Below, piece by piece: positions 41,896-52,948 of a DNA stretch of 64,000 bases (position 1 is its first letter; every line of letters begins with the position of its first letter). A program made the translations under genes and the position numbers. Where the stretch lies: contig CAMLUO010000001.1 in the NCBI GenBank assembly GCA_946487895.1, positions 41,540 to 105,539 of the forward strand, read 5' to 3'. The notes below the pieces were generated by a model, which did no database searches, was not told where the DNA came from, and was given only the letters and a program-made list of their open reading frames with translations. This DNA is from an uncultured Clostridium sp. GTDB lineage: Bacteria > Bacillota > Clostridia > TANB77 > CAG-508.

Positions 41896-43188
41896 TTACG
41901 ATTTAAAAAAGACTTTGAAAAAAGCATAATGAACATGATTTTCTCTCTCTTTATAAAATTCCTCGATTTTTTTTGCCTCTGTTTCACTTACGTTACCATC
42001 ATAACCACAATCAAAAACTTCTGTACATTCATTTTTTTCAAATAAATATATTTTGTTGAAGTCTATATTTCTTGTATGATATGTACCGTAGGGTATACAG
42101 TAACTGTTTCCAACTTTCTCTATATAGCCGTACTCTGGTAAAATACTTTCATCAATTTCACCAATTGTCTCATTACATATAGTTGATTCAATTGTTACAG
42201 AATCACCTAACCTTGCTTCAACACTCCGCTTATATTCATTTGGCTTAATTGTCACAATGGTAAAATATTGGCCTGTTTTTGATCTAACTATTGGGAATGT
42301 TTCTTTTCCCTCATAGAAAACACCACTTAGTCCATTCTTGGTGACTTTTTTTATTCTTATTTGTGCCGGAATTTCTTCTTTAGGAAATATAATATAATTA
42401 TATATCCTATTTACTAAAAATTCGTAATCAGTTGGAAGGATTTCACCAACTATTGATTCTAAGTCTTCTTGTATTGAGACAAATAATACTCTTTTTACTA
42501 CTAATTCATTATCAATAGCATATATATCTTCAGTATTCGCATTTGTTATAAACATAATTGGATTATTCTCAAGAAGTATCTTTCTATATTGTTTTAAGAT
42601 CTTAAAAGCTACTTCTTCACATAGTTTTTCTTTTAAAGATTTTCCAACGAAGCTTTCAAAATTTCGCTGTTTATTTCTTAAAGTCTCTTTAAGGTCCTCA
42701 CATTTCCATTTTATGTGTCCCCAATCTTTTTCATATCTTAAATTCATCATAGTAAAAGATGTACTTATCCATCCTGTTTCTGAGGTTATGTTTTGCATGA
42801 TTCTTGCAAATTTTTCATTGCATTCCTCAAAACATTCCTTCAATACTTTATGAGCATCCTTCTTTATTTTGAAAAAACACCTTGGTGCAATTTCAAACCA
42901 CATAAATTCGTCTTCGTACTCGTCCTCGTCTTCATACTCACTTTCAGTTTCACTCTTATTTTCAGCTTCAGAAATGTAATATAACTTTTTGTCTTTCCAT
43001 AAGAATATAACTTGTTTCGGTATTTTGATTTCAATATTTTCCCACATATCTTCAAGTAATGCTTCTACTGTACTTTCCTGATATGTTCTTTGAAAATATG
43101 CTTTAAACATATCATTCATAATCTCTTCTGCATATTTTCCTCCATCAAATTCATGCCGTTTCTTTTCATCAAGATTAATAACATACAT
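41896..43188 (-). CDS. Hypothetical protein (430 aa)
   Basis: A long ORF with an acidic stretch (SEYEDEDEYEDE). It contains an in-frame CGG-A arginine codon at about 42226. Confidence 0.5.
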   Translation of the reverse strand: MYVINLDEKKRHEFDGGKYAEEIMNDMFKAYFQRTYQESTVEALLEDMWENIEIKIPKQVIFLWKDKKLYYISEAENKSETESEYEDEDEYEDEFMWFEIAPRCFFKIKKDAHKVLKECFEECNEKFARIMQNITSETGWISTSFTMMNLRYEKDWGHIKWKCEDLKETLRNKQRNFESFVGKSLKEKLCEEVAFKILKQYRKILLENNPIMFITNANTEDIYAIDNELVVKRVLFVSIQEDLESIVGEILPTDYEFLVNRIYNYIIFPKEEIPAQIRIKKVTKNGLSGVFYEGKETFPIVRSKTGQYFTIVTIKPNEYKRSVEARLGDSVTIESTICNETIGEIDESILPEYGYIEKVGNSYCIPYGTYHTRNIDFNKIYLFEKNECTEVFDCGYDGNVSETEAKKIEEFYKERENHVHYAFFKVFFKS

Positions 43189-43368
43189 AGCTAATCCTCC
43201 TTAGATGCTTTTTACTTTGCTAACCTTCTCAATACAAAAACTTTATAACTTTATGCTTTTTTCTATCTCCTTTCTAAATATTTTATTGGATATTGTTACA
43301 ATAATAAAAATGTAACATTTTACAAATATACGTGTATATTATATCGTCTTTCACTAATTATGTCAAGT

Positions 43369-44598
43369 TTATTTTTTTCTTCTCAAAATCCAATCTTTTT
43401 CACACTTAATAGGTAACTTCATCTTCACCAATTGCCCTTTAACACCAGGACTTATTTCTGTTATCGCCTCATCAGTTTCATCATTCCACAACTTTTCTAT
43501 AGTAAATACATAAGGCTCAATCTTATTTGGAATCAAAATTTCTAAAGTATCTCCTACCATCAATTTATTCTTAATTTCAATTACTGATTTTTCTTCTTGG
43601 TATTCTACAACTTTTCCACCAAACTCATAATTTTCATTATACTGTCTTCCGCCATATTCTTGAATATCCTTATTATTTCTATCATTAAAATAAAAAGTAG
43701 TAAGTCCTCTTGTTTTAACTTTATCTAATTCATTTAAATATTTAGTATAATCATAATTCTCAGGATTTTTTTGATAATCATCAATTGCATTTCTATATGC
43801 ATTTATAACACTTGCTAGATAATACTCTGTTTTTAACCTTCCTTCAATTTTAACACTATCTATTCCCATATCAATAATTTCTGGAATTTCTTTTATTAAG
43901 CATAAGTCTTTTGATGAAAAAATACTTGTTCCGTATTCACTTGTTTCTATTGGCATTAATTCTCCTGGATTATTTTTTTCTTCTGCATACAAGTTATATG
44001 ACCATCTGCAACTTTGAGCGCAATCACCTAAGTTTGCACTTCTACATGTTAAAAAATCGCTTAAAAAACATCTTCCAGAAAACGCAAAACATATTGCTCC
44101 ATGTGCAAATATTTCTACTTCTAAATCTTTTGGTTTATTTTCCATTATGTATTTTAACTGTTCTTTATTTATTTCTCTTGCCATTATTACTCTTTTTGCT
44201 CCATATTTGTACCAGAATTTACAATCTTGCAAACTGATAATATTTGCTTGTGTACTTACATTAATTGGCACACTTGGTGCATATTGTTTCAAGGTTTCTA
44301 TTACTCCTACATCTGATGCAATTATTCCATCTGGTTTTAATGTTTCTAATTCTTTTGCCATTTCAATTATTTCTTCATATTTTTCATCCCATGCAAATAT
44401 ATTTAGTGTTACATATACTTTTTTTCCTATCTCATGCGCATATTTTATTGTTTTCTTTAAATCTTCATCTTCCATATCTGCTCTTGCTCTTAATGATAAT
44501 GATGATGTTCCGCAATATACTGCATCTGCTCCATATAAAAATGCGATTTTTGCTTTTTCAAATGACCCTGCTGGGGCTAATAATTCTATTTCTTTCAT
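43369..44598 (-). CDS. Peptidase U32 family protein
   Basis: MKEIELLAPAGSFE...AVYCG... and E-x-F-x-H-G-A-x-C-type motifs (EIFAHGAICFAFSGRC). Confidence 0.8.
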   Translation of the reverse strand: MKEIELLAPAGSFEKAKIAFLYGADAVYCGTSSLSLRARADMEDEDLKKTIKYAHEIGKKVYVTLNIFAWDEKYEEIIEMAKELETLKPDGIIASDVGVIETLKQYAPSVPINVSTQANIISLQDCKFWYKYGAKRVIMAREINKEQLKYIMENKPKDLEVEIFAHGAICFAFSGRCFLSDFLTCRSANLGDCAQSCRWSYNLYAEEKNNPGELMPIETSEYGTSIFSSKDLCLIKEIPEIIDMGIDSVKIEGRLKTEYYLASVINAYRNAIDDYQKNPENYDYTKYLNELDKVKTRGLTTFYFNDRNNKDIQEYGGRQYNENYEFGGKVVEYQEEKSVIEIKNKLMVGDTLEILIPNKIEPYVFTIEKLWNDETDEAITEISPGVKGQLVKMKLPIKCEKDWILRRKK

Positions 44599-44750
44599 TT
44601 ATTTGACCTCTTTCTTTTTTAGTTAAACACTATTATTATACATTTTTTATCAACTTTTTTCAACATTTTTGTTTATTTATGTTTAATACTATGATATAAT
44701 TGGTCTTAAACAATTATAAACAAATTACATAAATACATTGAGGTGATTTA

Positions 44751-46679
44751 ATGGCTTATTTACTTAAGACCCCTTATGATTTTAAAAAAGATTTAGATAA
44801 TTATTTAACTGAAAACCCTTTAGATTTAAGTTATGAGAAAACTCTTTTGGATAACTTTTCTTCTGATAATTTATCTGATTTATATAAATTATTTTTAGAC
44901 TTAAAAGATTCTAAGTTGAATAAAAAATTATATAATGAATTAAAAAATATTTTAAGCAATACTTTTTCTATTAATCCTAATCAAATATTCACATTAGATG
45001 ATGATGAAAATGATATTGTATGTATATCTAAAGATATTCATATTCCTTTATTGTTGGAAATTATAAAAAATAAATATTTAGATTACATCAAGACTTCTTC
45101 AACTATTGATAGTGAAGAATTGTTTAAGCTTTCTTTAATTGTAAATAAGAATTTTCCTGAACTTTTCTTACAATTAATAGAATCACCAAATCAAGATATA
45201 GGTCAAGCACAAAATTTTGTTAAAGAAAAAATTTTAGAAACAATAGATGAATGGCATTCTAACACTTCTAAAGATGCTGATGAAGAAAATAGAGATATTG
45301 CTGGTGCATTTTATATAACTGCTAGAAAGCTTTATCCAGATTTAAGTATTTATATTCCTGGTAGAGTTAAATCTATGAAAAGTTCTCTTTCTAATATAGA
45401 AAAAGAAACTAAAGATAGTCTTTTATCTTTACATCCATCTAACTATGAAATTGGCTTGACAAATGAAGATATCGAACAACAATTTAATTTAAATAATGCT
45501 ACAACTGACTTTTCTGCTTTAACTATTGTTCTTACAAATACTGATGATACATTGCATTTTGATAAGAGTGACCCTGAAAGTTTAGAAATATTAAAACTCA
45601 GAAAAATTAGACAAGATAATATAAATTTTACACATAGTTTGGAAAATTTTTTATCTGAAAACGAAACTAATGAGACTACTAATTTATCAAGGATTCAATT
45701 GCTACAAATAAAAATAGAATTATTACAAATATTAAGAGAAGCTTCTTATGAAGAATGTACACAAGAATATCATGGAACTTCTTTTAGTGAACTTTTAAAG
45801 AAAAACATTGAAAAATATAACCAAGAATTTGAAAATCCTAATGATGAAAATCTTAATATTGACGATTTAAAATATATAAGAGAAATGGATGAAATTTATG
45901 AGTTATTAGATGAATTAAAGAAACGTGTTCATGACAAATATCAAGCTAAATTGTTAGAAATAGCTATACCTGAAATTTTAGAGGACAAAATATTTTCAAA
46001 AGAATTAAAAGTCAAATCATATTTTGTAAAAAAAGTTAGAAAGAAAAATGGTTTTTGCAGTGATTATTATTGTATAGAAACTTCAGATGGAAGAAAAATT
46101 GAATTGCAAGCTCAATCTAAAAAGCGTTTTGACGATTCTAAAAATGGACCTTCTGACCATAGTTTACTTCCTAACAAAGAAATTGATATTTCACGTTTTT
46201 TTGAACCTGTAAATTCAAACTTTGGTGAAGGAAATTTTGAGTATTTTTTGGATTTTTTAAATAATATGCCAATCGCAACAAAAAATTATTTACTTAACAC
46301 TCCTGATACTGATTTATCATCATTTGATAAACGTACAAAAAGAAAGCTAAAAATTGCAATTGAAAATGTAAAATTAAAAGATAATATAAATATTACTCTT
46401 CCTATTTTTGCTGAATATGTTTCTCCGAAACTAATGACAGTTAGTTCTCACCATACCAGAGTTAATACAAGTGTTGCAGGTTATAATAAAAAATCTTTAG
46501 TTTCTGGATTTACTGAAGTATTACTAAAACATGATTCCACAACTTGTCTTTCTCAAATGTTAATTGATAAATTAGAAACTCTTGTACCTAGTGACAAAAA
46601 TCAAGTTTCAAAAAATGGTATAGGAAAACGTGCTAAAGCTCGTTTTGATAAAAAATCTAATTCTATCGATGAACGTTAA
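44751..46679 (+). CDS. Hypothetical protein (642 aa)
   Basis: A long ORF with no secretion signal. Residues 200-260 carry ...YIPGRVKSMKSSLSNIEKE...DFSALTIVL..., which weakly resembles the start of a RelA/SpoT-type nucleotidyltransferase domain. That resemblance is low confidence. Confidence 0.45.
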   Translation: MAYLLKTPYDFKKDLDNYLTENPLDLSYEKTLLDNFSSDNLSDLYKLFLDLKDSKLNKKLYNELKNILSNTFSINPNQIFTLDDDENDIVCISKDIHIPLLLEIIKNKYLDYIKTSSTIDSEELFKLSLIVNKNFPELFLQLIESPNQDIGQAQNFVKEKILETIDEWHSNTSKDADEENRDIAGAFYITARKLYPDLSIYIPGRVKSMKSSLSNIEKETKDSLLSLHPSNYEIGLTNEDIEQQFNLNNATTDFSALTIVLTNTDDTLHFDKSDPESLEILKLRKIRQDNINFTHSLENFLSENETNETTNLSRIQLLQIKIELLQILREASYEECTQEYHGTSFSELLKKNIEKYNQEFENPNDENLNIDDLKYIREMDEIYELLDELKKRVHDKYQAKLLEIAIPEILEDKIFSKELKVKSYFVKKVRKKNGFCSDYYCIETSDGRKIELQAQSKKRFDDSKNGPSDHSLLPNKEIDISRFFEPVNSNFGEGNFEYFLDFLNNMPIATKNYLLNTPDTDLSSFDKRTKRKLKIAIENVKLKDNINITLPIFAEYVSPKLMTVSSHHTRVNTSVAGYNKKSLVSGFTEVLLKHDSTTCLSQMLIDKLETLVPSDKNQVSKNGIGKRAKARFDKKSNSIDER

Positions 46680-46734
46680 TATACTCTTTTTCATATTTAT
46701 ATATTAATTTTTATTATAAATTTGGAGGTATCTT

Positions 46735-47728
46735 ATGAAAACAAATTATAAAATAGCAATTGTTGGCGCCACACGGTTTAGTTGGAAGAACCTCATTAAA
46801 AGTATTAGAAGAAAAAAACTTTCCACATGTTAGTTACACACTTTTTTGTTCTTCAAAATCTGCCAACTCAAAAATAACTTTTTTAAACACGACATATATT
46901 GTGCAAGAATTAACTGAAAAATCTTTTGATACACATTTTGATTATGCAATTTTTTGTGCAGGTGGCTCTACTTCTAAAAAATATGCTCCTATTGCAGCAA
47001 AACAAGGATGTATTGTTATTGATAATAGTAGTGTATTTCGTATGAATAAAGATGTACCATTAGTTGTACCTGAAGTAAATCCAGAAGATATAAATAAAAA
47101 TCATGGTATTATTGCAAATCCAAATTGTTCTACTATTCAAGCTGTTTTGCCTTTAAAAGCTATTGATGATAAATATGGAATTAAAAGAATTGTTTATTCT
47201 ACATATCAAGCTACTTCTGGTGCAGGTAGGTCTGGAATTGAAGATTTAAAAAATAAAGCTGAAGGTGATAAACTTCAAAAATTTCCATATTCAATTTATA
47301 ATAATTGTATTCCTCATATTGATGTTTTTATGGAAGATGGCTATACAAAGGAAGAGCATAAAATGATTGATGAAACTAGAAAAATCTTGCACAAACCTAA
47401 CTTACCTATTACTGCAACGACTGTTAGAGTTCCTATCGTAAATTGTCATGGTGAATCAATTAATGTGGAGCTAGAAAGTGATTTCGATATTTATGATGTT
47501 AAAATCTTGTTAGAAAACTATCCCGGAATTATTGTTGTAGATAATCCAGAGAAAAACCATTATCCACTAGCTAGTCGTGCAGATGGTCATGATGAAGTCT
47601 TTGTTGGTCGAATTCGTCGTGATTATAGTGTCCAAAATGGTTTAAATATGTGGGTTGTAGCTGATAATTTAAGAAAAGGTGCTGCTTCGAATGCTATTCA
47701 AATTTTAGAGAAGCTTTTATATTCTTAA
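46735..47728 (+). pseudogene. asd: Aspartate-semialdehyde dehydrogenase with a 1-nt insertion after codon 13
   Basis: The ATG at 46735 has a ggaggta RBS and gives MKTNYKIAIVGAT, then the frame breaks. Downstream in +1 the protein reads GLVGRTSLKVLEE...NPNCSTIQ..., an Asd active-site Cys region. The sequence is gcc aca C ggt tta, and removing the c at 46774 yields IAIVGAT|GLVGRT. Confidence 0.85.
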
Positions 47729-47819
47729 GTTTTCATTAAATCTGCCTTATGTAATTGAACTAGCATTGCTAATATGTTATAATAGAAAAGAAGTACATAA
47801 GATATAAAGAGGTATCTAA

Positions 47820-48356
47820 ATGAAACAAATAGTCAAAGAAATTATTGACAAGGATGTCGAATTTCAAAATATTATAAAAGAACTGGTTGAGAACAAAACT
47901 GTTCAAAAAATGAAGAATTTTAAACAGCATTATGAAACAACTTGTTTTGACCATTGCTACACTGTCTCTTATTATTGCTATTTAATTTGTAAAAAATATA
48001 ATTTGGATTATATATCAACTGCAAGAGCTGGTATGCTTCATGATTTATTTTTATATGATTGGAGAAAAAAACAACCTGACCGCAAAGGTTTACATGCATT
48101 TACTCATGGAAGAACTGCTTGTAAAAATGCTTCAGAACTATTTGATTTAAATGAAAAAGAAAAAGATATGATTATTAAACATATGTGGCCAGTAACTACT
48201 CAACTACCAAGTTCGCTTGAAGGTTTAATTTTAACTTTTGTTGATAAATATTGTGCTATGTCTGAAAGTTTTGATATATTAAAAACAAGGCTTCTTTTGA
48301 GAAAACCTTTACGTTATTTATATAGTTTTTTAAGTATGGTATCAATTCATTTGTAA
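47820..48356 (+). CDS. HD-domain phosphohydrolase
   Basis: H...HD motif (FDHCYTVS...MLHDLFLYD). Confidence 0.6.
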   Translation: MKQIVKEIIDKDVEFQNIIKELVENKTVQKMKNFKQHYETTCFDHCYTVSYYCYLICKKYNLDYISTARAGMLHDLFLYDWRKKQPDRKGLHAFTHGRTACKNASELFDLNEKEKDMIIKHMWPVTTQLPSSLEGLILTFVDKYCAMSESFDILKTRLLLRKPLRYLYSFLSMVSIHL

Positions 48357-48407
48357 AAATTTTTTTGTAAAAAATAAAAGTCTGAATAACTAATTCAGGC
48401 TTTTTGC

Positions 48408-48749
48408 TTACATTTTATCTTCTGACCATCTCATCATTCTTATATCTTTATATTTCGATAGAACTTCCTTATATTTATCATATTCTTCTTCCCATAATCC
48501 ATCTGGAACTTTATCAAATGCTTTAAATATTTTTTCCGCTTCTGCAAGATAAATTAATTGTTCTTGTGGAGACATTCTTTCATATTGTTTTGCAAAATTG
48601 TATAATTTGTCTAACATTTGGTTTGCTTCTATAAATCCCCAAAAATCCTTTACTTTCATTCCAAATAATTTTATTTGTAATACTGCATAGACTACTAATG
48701 CAAATATAATAAATACTAGTATATATATTATTGCCCATATACCATTCAT
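48408..48749 (-). CDS. Small membrane-anchored protein
   Basis: 113 aa with an N-terminal TM helix. Confidence 0.4.
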   Translation of the reverse strand: MNGIWAIIYILVFIIFALVVYAVLQIKLFGMKVKDFWGFIEANQMLDKLYNFAKQYERMSPQEQLIYLAEAEKIFKAFDKVPDGLWEEEYDKYKEVLSKYKDIRMMRWSEDKM

Positions 48750-48851
48750 TTTTTCACCTCTTTAGTTTGTAGCTCTATATTTTATCATTTCAATAATATC
48801 TTTATTTTATATTTTTGTCAATAGAATAATTATCTTTATAATTATTTCTGT

Positions 48852-50219
48852 TTATGCACGCCTTGTATCTTCACCAGGTACTCTTTCTTTTTCAGCTTGA
48901 TTTTCTAAGTCTTTTGCTATATCATCCAAACTATTTTCTATTTCTTCTTTACTTAAATATTCCTTATTCTTGACTTTCTCTTTCAATTTATTTTCTATAT
49001 CATTTTGATTATATGTGTCTCTAAGATCTGGATTCTTATCTAAAATTTCTCTAGCACATACTTTTATATATGCATCCTCCATAGCCATTACATGCTCTGA
49101 TTTTGTTGAAGGATCCCCATCTATATCTTTTTCTGTCACCTTATTACAATCTTTGTGTTCTTTTTCATGAGCTTTTATTTCTTCTAGATTTTCTTCTACT
49201 GTGTCTTCTCCATTTCTTTCATATTCTCCAATTACACTTCTTTGTGAAGTATCTGGTACAAAAATTGTATTACTATCTCTTACTTGGACTCCCATTGTCT
49301 CAGTAGAATCTCTTGCTTCTTCTCCTATGTTTATTTCAACTCTTCCCATTTCTTTGTTATCTAGTTGTATTATTTTATCTCCAATTTCATATTCACTCAA
49401 AATGCTATCTTTTTCTACTGTTCCATCATCTCTAACTTGATATTTTTCTGGTATTGGATTGTCACCTGATGCTGACCTTTGTTGTAATTCTGGTATGTAT
49501 TTTTGCAATGGTTCAACTTTTCCGTCTTTGCTTATTGCAACTAAAGAATATCTTGTTGAGTTTCTATCATAACTTTTGCCATTTTCATCTTTCATTTTGT
49601 TCATCTGTTCAGAATAAATAACTCCAACTTTTGTAATATCTTTTGGGATTTTTCCTCCTAGCCATTTGCGAATATCATGCATATCATTTGCTCTTTCACT
49701 TAGTTCCATTTCTTGTAATATATTTGTATTTTTTGTTGTATTTTCATTTTCTTGCTTATTCTCTAAATTAGAACTGGCTTTATTTTGTTTTTTCTCTTGC
49801 TCTTCTTTCACATCATCTCTGTCACCTAGTTCTAAAATTCTTACATCTCTAATATGACTTCTTTCTATTCCTATTTCATCTATATATTTATCAATTTCTC
49901 TTGTTTCTTTTGCTGCACCTTCAATGTCTTCTCTATCTAATTCATCTATTTGGTCTTTAATTTGTGCACTTAATTCATTTTCTAATGTGTTTTGTTTCTC
50001 TGCTTTTTCTTGCTCCATTACACCTAATTTTTGAAGTGCTGCTATTATGTATGAATCTTCTCTCATGATAATATTTCCATATTTCATTATATTTGTATTT
50101 AGCTCACCTATCTGAACATTACCAATATAATATTCATACTCAAATTTATTTTGTTGATTTTTAACTACTGTTACTTCAATGTTTTTTCCATTTAAATTAA
50201 TTTTCATTTTTAATCTCAT
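48852..50219 (-). CDS. Acidic hypothetical protein (455 aa)
   Basis: A long ORF that is highly E/D/K-rich. Confidence 0.45.
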   Translation of the reverse strand: MRLKMKINLNGKNIEVTVVKNQQNKFEYEYYIGNVQIGELNTNIMKYGNIIMREDSYIIAALQKLGVMEQEKAEKQNTLENELSAQIKDQIDELDREDIEGAAKETREIDKYIDEIGIERSHIRDVRILELGDRDDVKEEQEKKQNKASSNLENKQENENTTKNTNILQEMELSERANDMHDIRKWLGGKIPKDITKVGVIYSEQMNKMKDENGKSYDRNSTRYSLVAISKDGKVEPLQKYIPELQQRSASGDNPIPEKYQVRDDGTVEKDSILSEYEIGDKIIQLDNKEMGRVEINIGEEARDSTETMGVQVRDSNTIFVPDTSQRSVIGEYERNGEDTVEENLEEIKAHEKEHKDCNKVTEKDIDGDPSTKSEHVMAMEDAYIKVCAREILDKNPDLRDTYNQNDIENKLKEKVKNKEYLSKEEIENSLDDIAKDLENQAEKERVPGEDTRRA

Positions 50220-50284
50220 TCCTTTCTAAGGCTCAAATCTGGTATTGAAACAAAAGGGAGATACCCTATAAATTTTAATAAAAA

Positions 50285-50345
50285 AAGATGTGTCCCCATT
50301 TGGACATTTTTGTCCATTAGGAAACGTCCCCAAATGGACATGCTA
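50285..50345. repeat. GGGGAC / ggacatttttgtcc palindromic repeat overlapping the rimO 3' end
   Basis: The element reads gtgtccccatttggacatttttgtccattaggaaacgtccccaaatggacatgc. The last 8 rimO codons (ACPFGDVS) lie inside it. Confidence 0.65.
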
Positions 50346-51699
50346 TCAGGTCATAAGCTTTAGAATCAGTAATTTTGCATTTTATAAATTGGTGTATGTA
50401 TTTACTAGGATTCTCAGTATTGCTTTTTATATATACTAACCCATCAATATCTGGTGCATCTTGCATTGTTCTTCCAATTAAGTATTTTCCATCAAATGAT
50501 ATATTTTCTACTAAGACTTCACATTCTTTTCCTATTTTTTCTTTCATTTTTTCTGCTGCAATTTTTTGTTGTTCTTTCATTATTTTATTATATCTTGCTT
50601 TTTTAGTGTTTCCGTGTATTTGTTCTGGAAGTCTTGCAGCTGGTGTTCCATCTTCTTTTGAGTACATAAATGTTCCTAGTCTATCAAATTTTGTTTCTTT
50701 TACGAATTCTAATAAATCTTTAAAGTCTTCTTCTGTTTCGCTTGGGAATCCTACAATTAAGCTTGTCCTTATTATTGCATCTGGAATTTTATTTCTTATT
50801 TTTCTTATTATTTCTTTTATTTGCTTTTTATTTGTTTTTCTGTTCATTTTTTTCAATATAGTATCACTAGAATGTTGAATTGGTATGTCAAAGTATTTTG
50901 CAATTTTATCATTTCGAGCAACGACTTCTATTAATTCATCTGTTATTCCTTCTGGATAAGAATATAGGAAACGAATCCATTTTAATTCTTTAATTTTGCA
51001 TAATTCTTGTAATAGTTCTGCTAACTTACTTTCTTCATATATATCAATTCCATATTTAGTTGTATCTTGTGCTATTATTATTAATTCTTTTATTCCTTTT
51101 TTTGCAAGCATTTTCGTTTCTTCTATAATATCTTCTTTTTTTCTACTTACAAATGGTCCTCTTATATATGGAATAGCACAATATGTACATTTGTTGCTAC
51201 ATCCTTCTCCGATTTTTAGATATGCATAGTCTTGTCCAGTTGTGATAGTTCTTTCTAAAAATTGTTCTTGTGTAATCATTGGCATTTTAGGAATTTCTGT
51301 TATTTTTTTGCTACTTTTTTTCTTTTTTATTACAATGTTTCTTTTTATTAAATCTTCTATTTGTTCCCACAATGTATCATAATCTTCTATTTTTACAAAT
51401 AAATCTACTTCTGGCAATGCTTTTATAAGTTCATCATAATATCTTTGCACTAAACATCCCATTACTATTAAATATTTACAATTTTTATTTTTGTATTCTG
51501 CCATTTCTAGTATTGTATTTATAGCCTCTTCTTTGGCAGATTCGATAAAACCACAGGTATTTATTACTAAAATATCTGCTTTTTCTTCATTATTTACAAC
51601 TTTAAAGTTATGTTTTTTAAACATTCCTATTGTTGCTTCAGTATCTATTAAATTTTTACTACATCCAAGTGATATAAATCCTACATTCATTATTTTCAC
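50317..51699 (-). CDS. rimO: Ribosomal protein S12 methylthiotransferase RimO (MiaB family)
   Basis: An MTTase N-terminus (ISLGCSKN...CGF), a radical SAM cluster CSNKCTYCAIP, and a TRAM-like C-terminus. Confidence 0.85.
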   Translation of the reverse strand: MKIMNVGFISLGCSKNLIDTEATIGMFKKHNFKVVNNEEKADILVINTCGFIESAKEEAINTILEMAEYKNKNCKYLIVMGCLVQRYYDELIKALPEVDLFVKIEDYDTLWEQIEDLIKRNIVIKKKKSSKKITEIPKMPMITQEQFLERTITTGQDYAYLKIGEGCSNKCTYCAIPYIRGPFVSRKKEDIIEETKMLAKKGIKELIIIAQDTTKYGIDIYEESKLAELLQELCKIKELKWIRFLYSYPEGITDELIEVVARNDKIAKYFDIPIQHSSDTILKKMNRKTNKKQIKEIIRKIRNKIPDAIIRTSLIVGFPSETEEDFKDLLEFVKETKFDRLGTFMYSKEDGTPAARLPEQIHGNTKKARYNKIMKEQQKIAAEKMKEKIGKECEVLVENISFDGKYLIGRTMQDAPDIDGLVYIKSNTENPSKYIHQFIKCKITDSKAYDLIACPFGDVS

Positions 51700-51713
51700 C
51701 CTTTCTACTGGGA

Positions 51714-52895
51714 TTAGTGTGATATTATATGTTTTCTCGTCAACTCCATCAAATCTAGTTTTGTAAATCCTTCAACTTGTACTTTACTTCTATCTTTTTT
51801 TATTTCTTCTTTAAGTAGATTTTCAATTTTTTCTCTGTTGCCTTCATCCTTCATGTCAATATAGTCAATTATTACTATTCCACCTATATCTCTTAGTCTT
51901 AATTGTTTTGCTATTTCTATTGTAGCTTCTTCATTTACTTTGTATATTGTTTGCTCTAAGTTTTTTGTTCCTGTATATTTTCCCGTATTTACATCAATTG
52001 CAGTTAGAGCTTCTGTTTTATCAATTGTTATGAATCCCCCACATTTTAACCATATTTTTCTGTTTTGCATTTTTTCTATTTGCTTTTCTAAATCATATTT
52101 TTCAAAGATATTATTTGATTTGTCTAGTTCTATTTCTGTGTCTTGGTATTCTTTGTTTTCTTTTTTATATTCTCCTAATTTGTTTAAATCTTTTTGTGTA
52201 TTTACAATTATTTTGTCTATTTTTTCATCTGCTAAATCTAAGAGCATTTTTTCTATCAGACTTTCACTTTCATATAATAATTTTGGTTCGTGTAAATCTG
52301 GATCTACTGATGTTTTTATAATGCTTTCCCATTTTGCTTCTACTTTTTTTATGTCTTTAATTACTACTTCTTCTTTTCCTTGCGCTGATGTTCTTATCAC
52401 GGCTCCATTTCCTTTTCTTAAATTTTCTTTTACTAATTTTATTAATCTTTGTTGTTCTTCTTTATTTTCTATTTTTTGCGAAACTGTAATTATATCAGTA
52501 TTTGGCATTAATGCAATATATTTTCCTGGTAAATTTATATGTGTTGATACTCTTGCACCTTTTTGCTCTGTACTATCTTTTTTTACTTGAACTAAAATTT
52601 TCATATTTGGTTGTAATATTTTTGTTATATCTATATTATTGTCTAATTTTTCTTTTGTCTCATCTATTTTTTTCATTACATCTTTTAAATGGATAAAACT
52701 ATTTTTGTCACCTCCTATATCTATAAATGCTGCTTGCATTCCTTTTACGATATCTTTAACAATTCCTATATATATGTTTCCTTCTTTTCTGTTATTATGT
52801 TGTGAATTATCTTCATAGTATTCAACTAGTTTTCCATTTTTTATTAATACTATTATTGTATTTTCTTTTTGTCTTTGTACTATAATTTCTGTCAT
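51714..52895 (-). CDS. rng: Rne/Rng family ribonuclease (RNase G-like)
   Basis: An S1 domain with NIYIGIVKDIVKGMQAAFIDIG, as in E. coli RNase G. Confidence 0.8.
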   Translation of the reverse strand: MTEIIVQRQKENTIIVLIKNGKLVEYYEDNSQHNNRKEGNIYIGIVKDIVKGMQAAFIDIGGDKNSFIHLKDVMKKIDETKEKLDNNIDITKILQPNMKILVQVKKDSTEQKGARVSTHINLPGKYIALMPNTDIITVSQKIENKEEQQRLIKLVKENLRKGNGAVIRTSAQGKEEVVIKDIKKVEAKWESIIKTSVDPDLHEPKLLYESESLIEKMLLDLADEKIDKIIVNTQKDLNKLGEYKKENKEYQDTEIELDKSNNIFEKYDLEKQIEKMQNRKIWLKCGGFITIDKTEALTAIDVNTGKYTGTKNLEQTIYKVNEEATIEIAKQLRLRDIGGIVIIDYIDMKDEGNREKIENLLKEEIKKDRSKVQVEGFTKLDLMELTRKHIISH

Positions 52896-52948
52896 AAAAT
52901 TCTTTTCTCCTTTTTGCTTTATTCTAATTTTTATATGTTCTTTTGTCC

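Noticed and set aside
740-42228. Global reassignment of CGG to glycine or universal frameshifting at every CGG
   Set aside because: In-frame CGG codons that must be read as arginine in the zero frame occur at 740-742 (CGG-C in the Ubl gene), at 408-410, and as CGG-A at about 42226 in the 430-aa ORF. Shifting at any of these gives an immediate stop. Any effect would therefore have to be context-dependent.
51714-52895. RNase G-like gene as a possible sixth truncated gene
   Set aside because: 393 aa is short compared with E. coli Rng (489 aa), but the ORF ends cleanly adjacent to rimO. There is no continuing frame downstream, so it is a compact form rather than a frameshift.
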